Notes under the pieces: generated by a model
What the model saw: only the letters and a program-made list of their open reading frames with translations
Told to the model about the DNA's origin: nothing
Databases searched by the model: none
DNA from: Rhizophagus irregularis
Lineage: Eukaryota
NCBI RefSeq assembly: GCF_026210795.1
Contig: NC_089429.1
Coordinates: 4,278,001-4,342,000, forward strand
Reading direction: 5' to 3'
DNA: 64,000 bases
Program-made: the position numbers and the translations under genes
In this document: positions 63,887 through 64,000 of the stretch, in pieces
Layout: each line of letters opens with the position of its first letter
Numbering within the stretch: the first letter of the stretch is position 1

Positions 63887-64000
63887 TCAGTCGATTTGTG
63901 ATTGATTTTACCAATTTTTACCGTTGGTCAAAAAATATGACGAATCACATGACCAATCGGCAAAAATTATGCTGAAAGCTCTTAACGGTCGAAAGTTTTG

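Overview
This is AT-rich eukaryotic DNA with short GT-AG introns. The gene families present (Crinkler N-terminal remnants, a Uma2-like endonuclease, CACTA/EnSpm Tnp2-type, Plavaka and Tc1 transposases) suggest an arbuscular mycorrhizal fungus of the Rhizophagus type; this assignment is inference. The window is mostly nested, decayed transposons: one Tc1 end, three degenerate CACTA-type transposases (one inside a complete 7-kb element with a TAA TSD), a Plavaka pseudogene, a 2.9-kb non-autonomous CACTG element with a CCA TSD, and several MITEs with readable TSDs. Only one gene looks intact (7206-8486). The most unusual signal is about eight arrays of ~100-130 bp units. Each unit is a 30-50 nt micro-exon with no conserved reading frame plus a canonical intron. 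In the best-preserved arrays the 5' splice site and the branch point are each tied to a hairpin, with compensatory changes. One array family is the only cargo of a mobile CACTG element. These may be transposon-borne, heavily spliced non-coding RNA loci with structured introns; expression cannot be shown from sequence alone.
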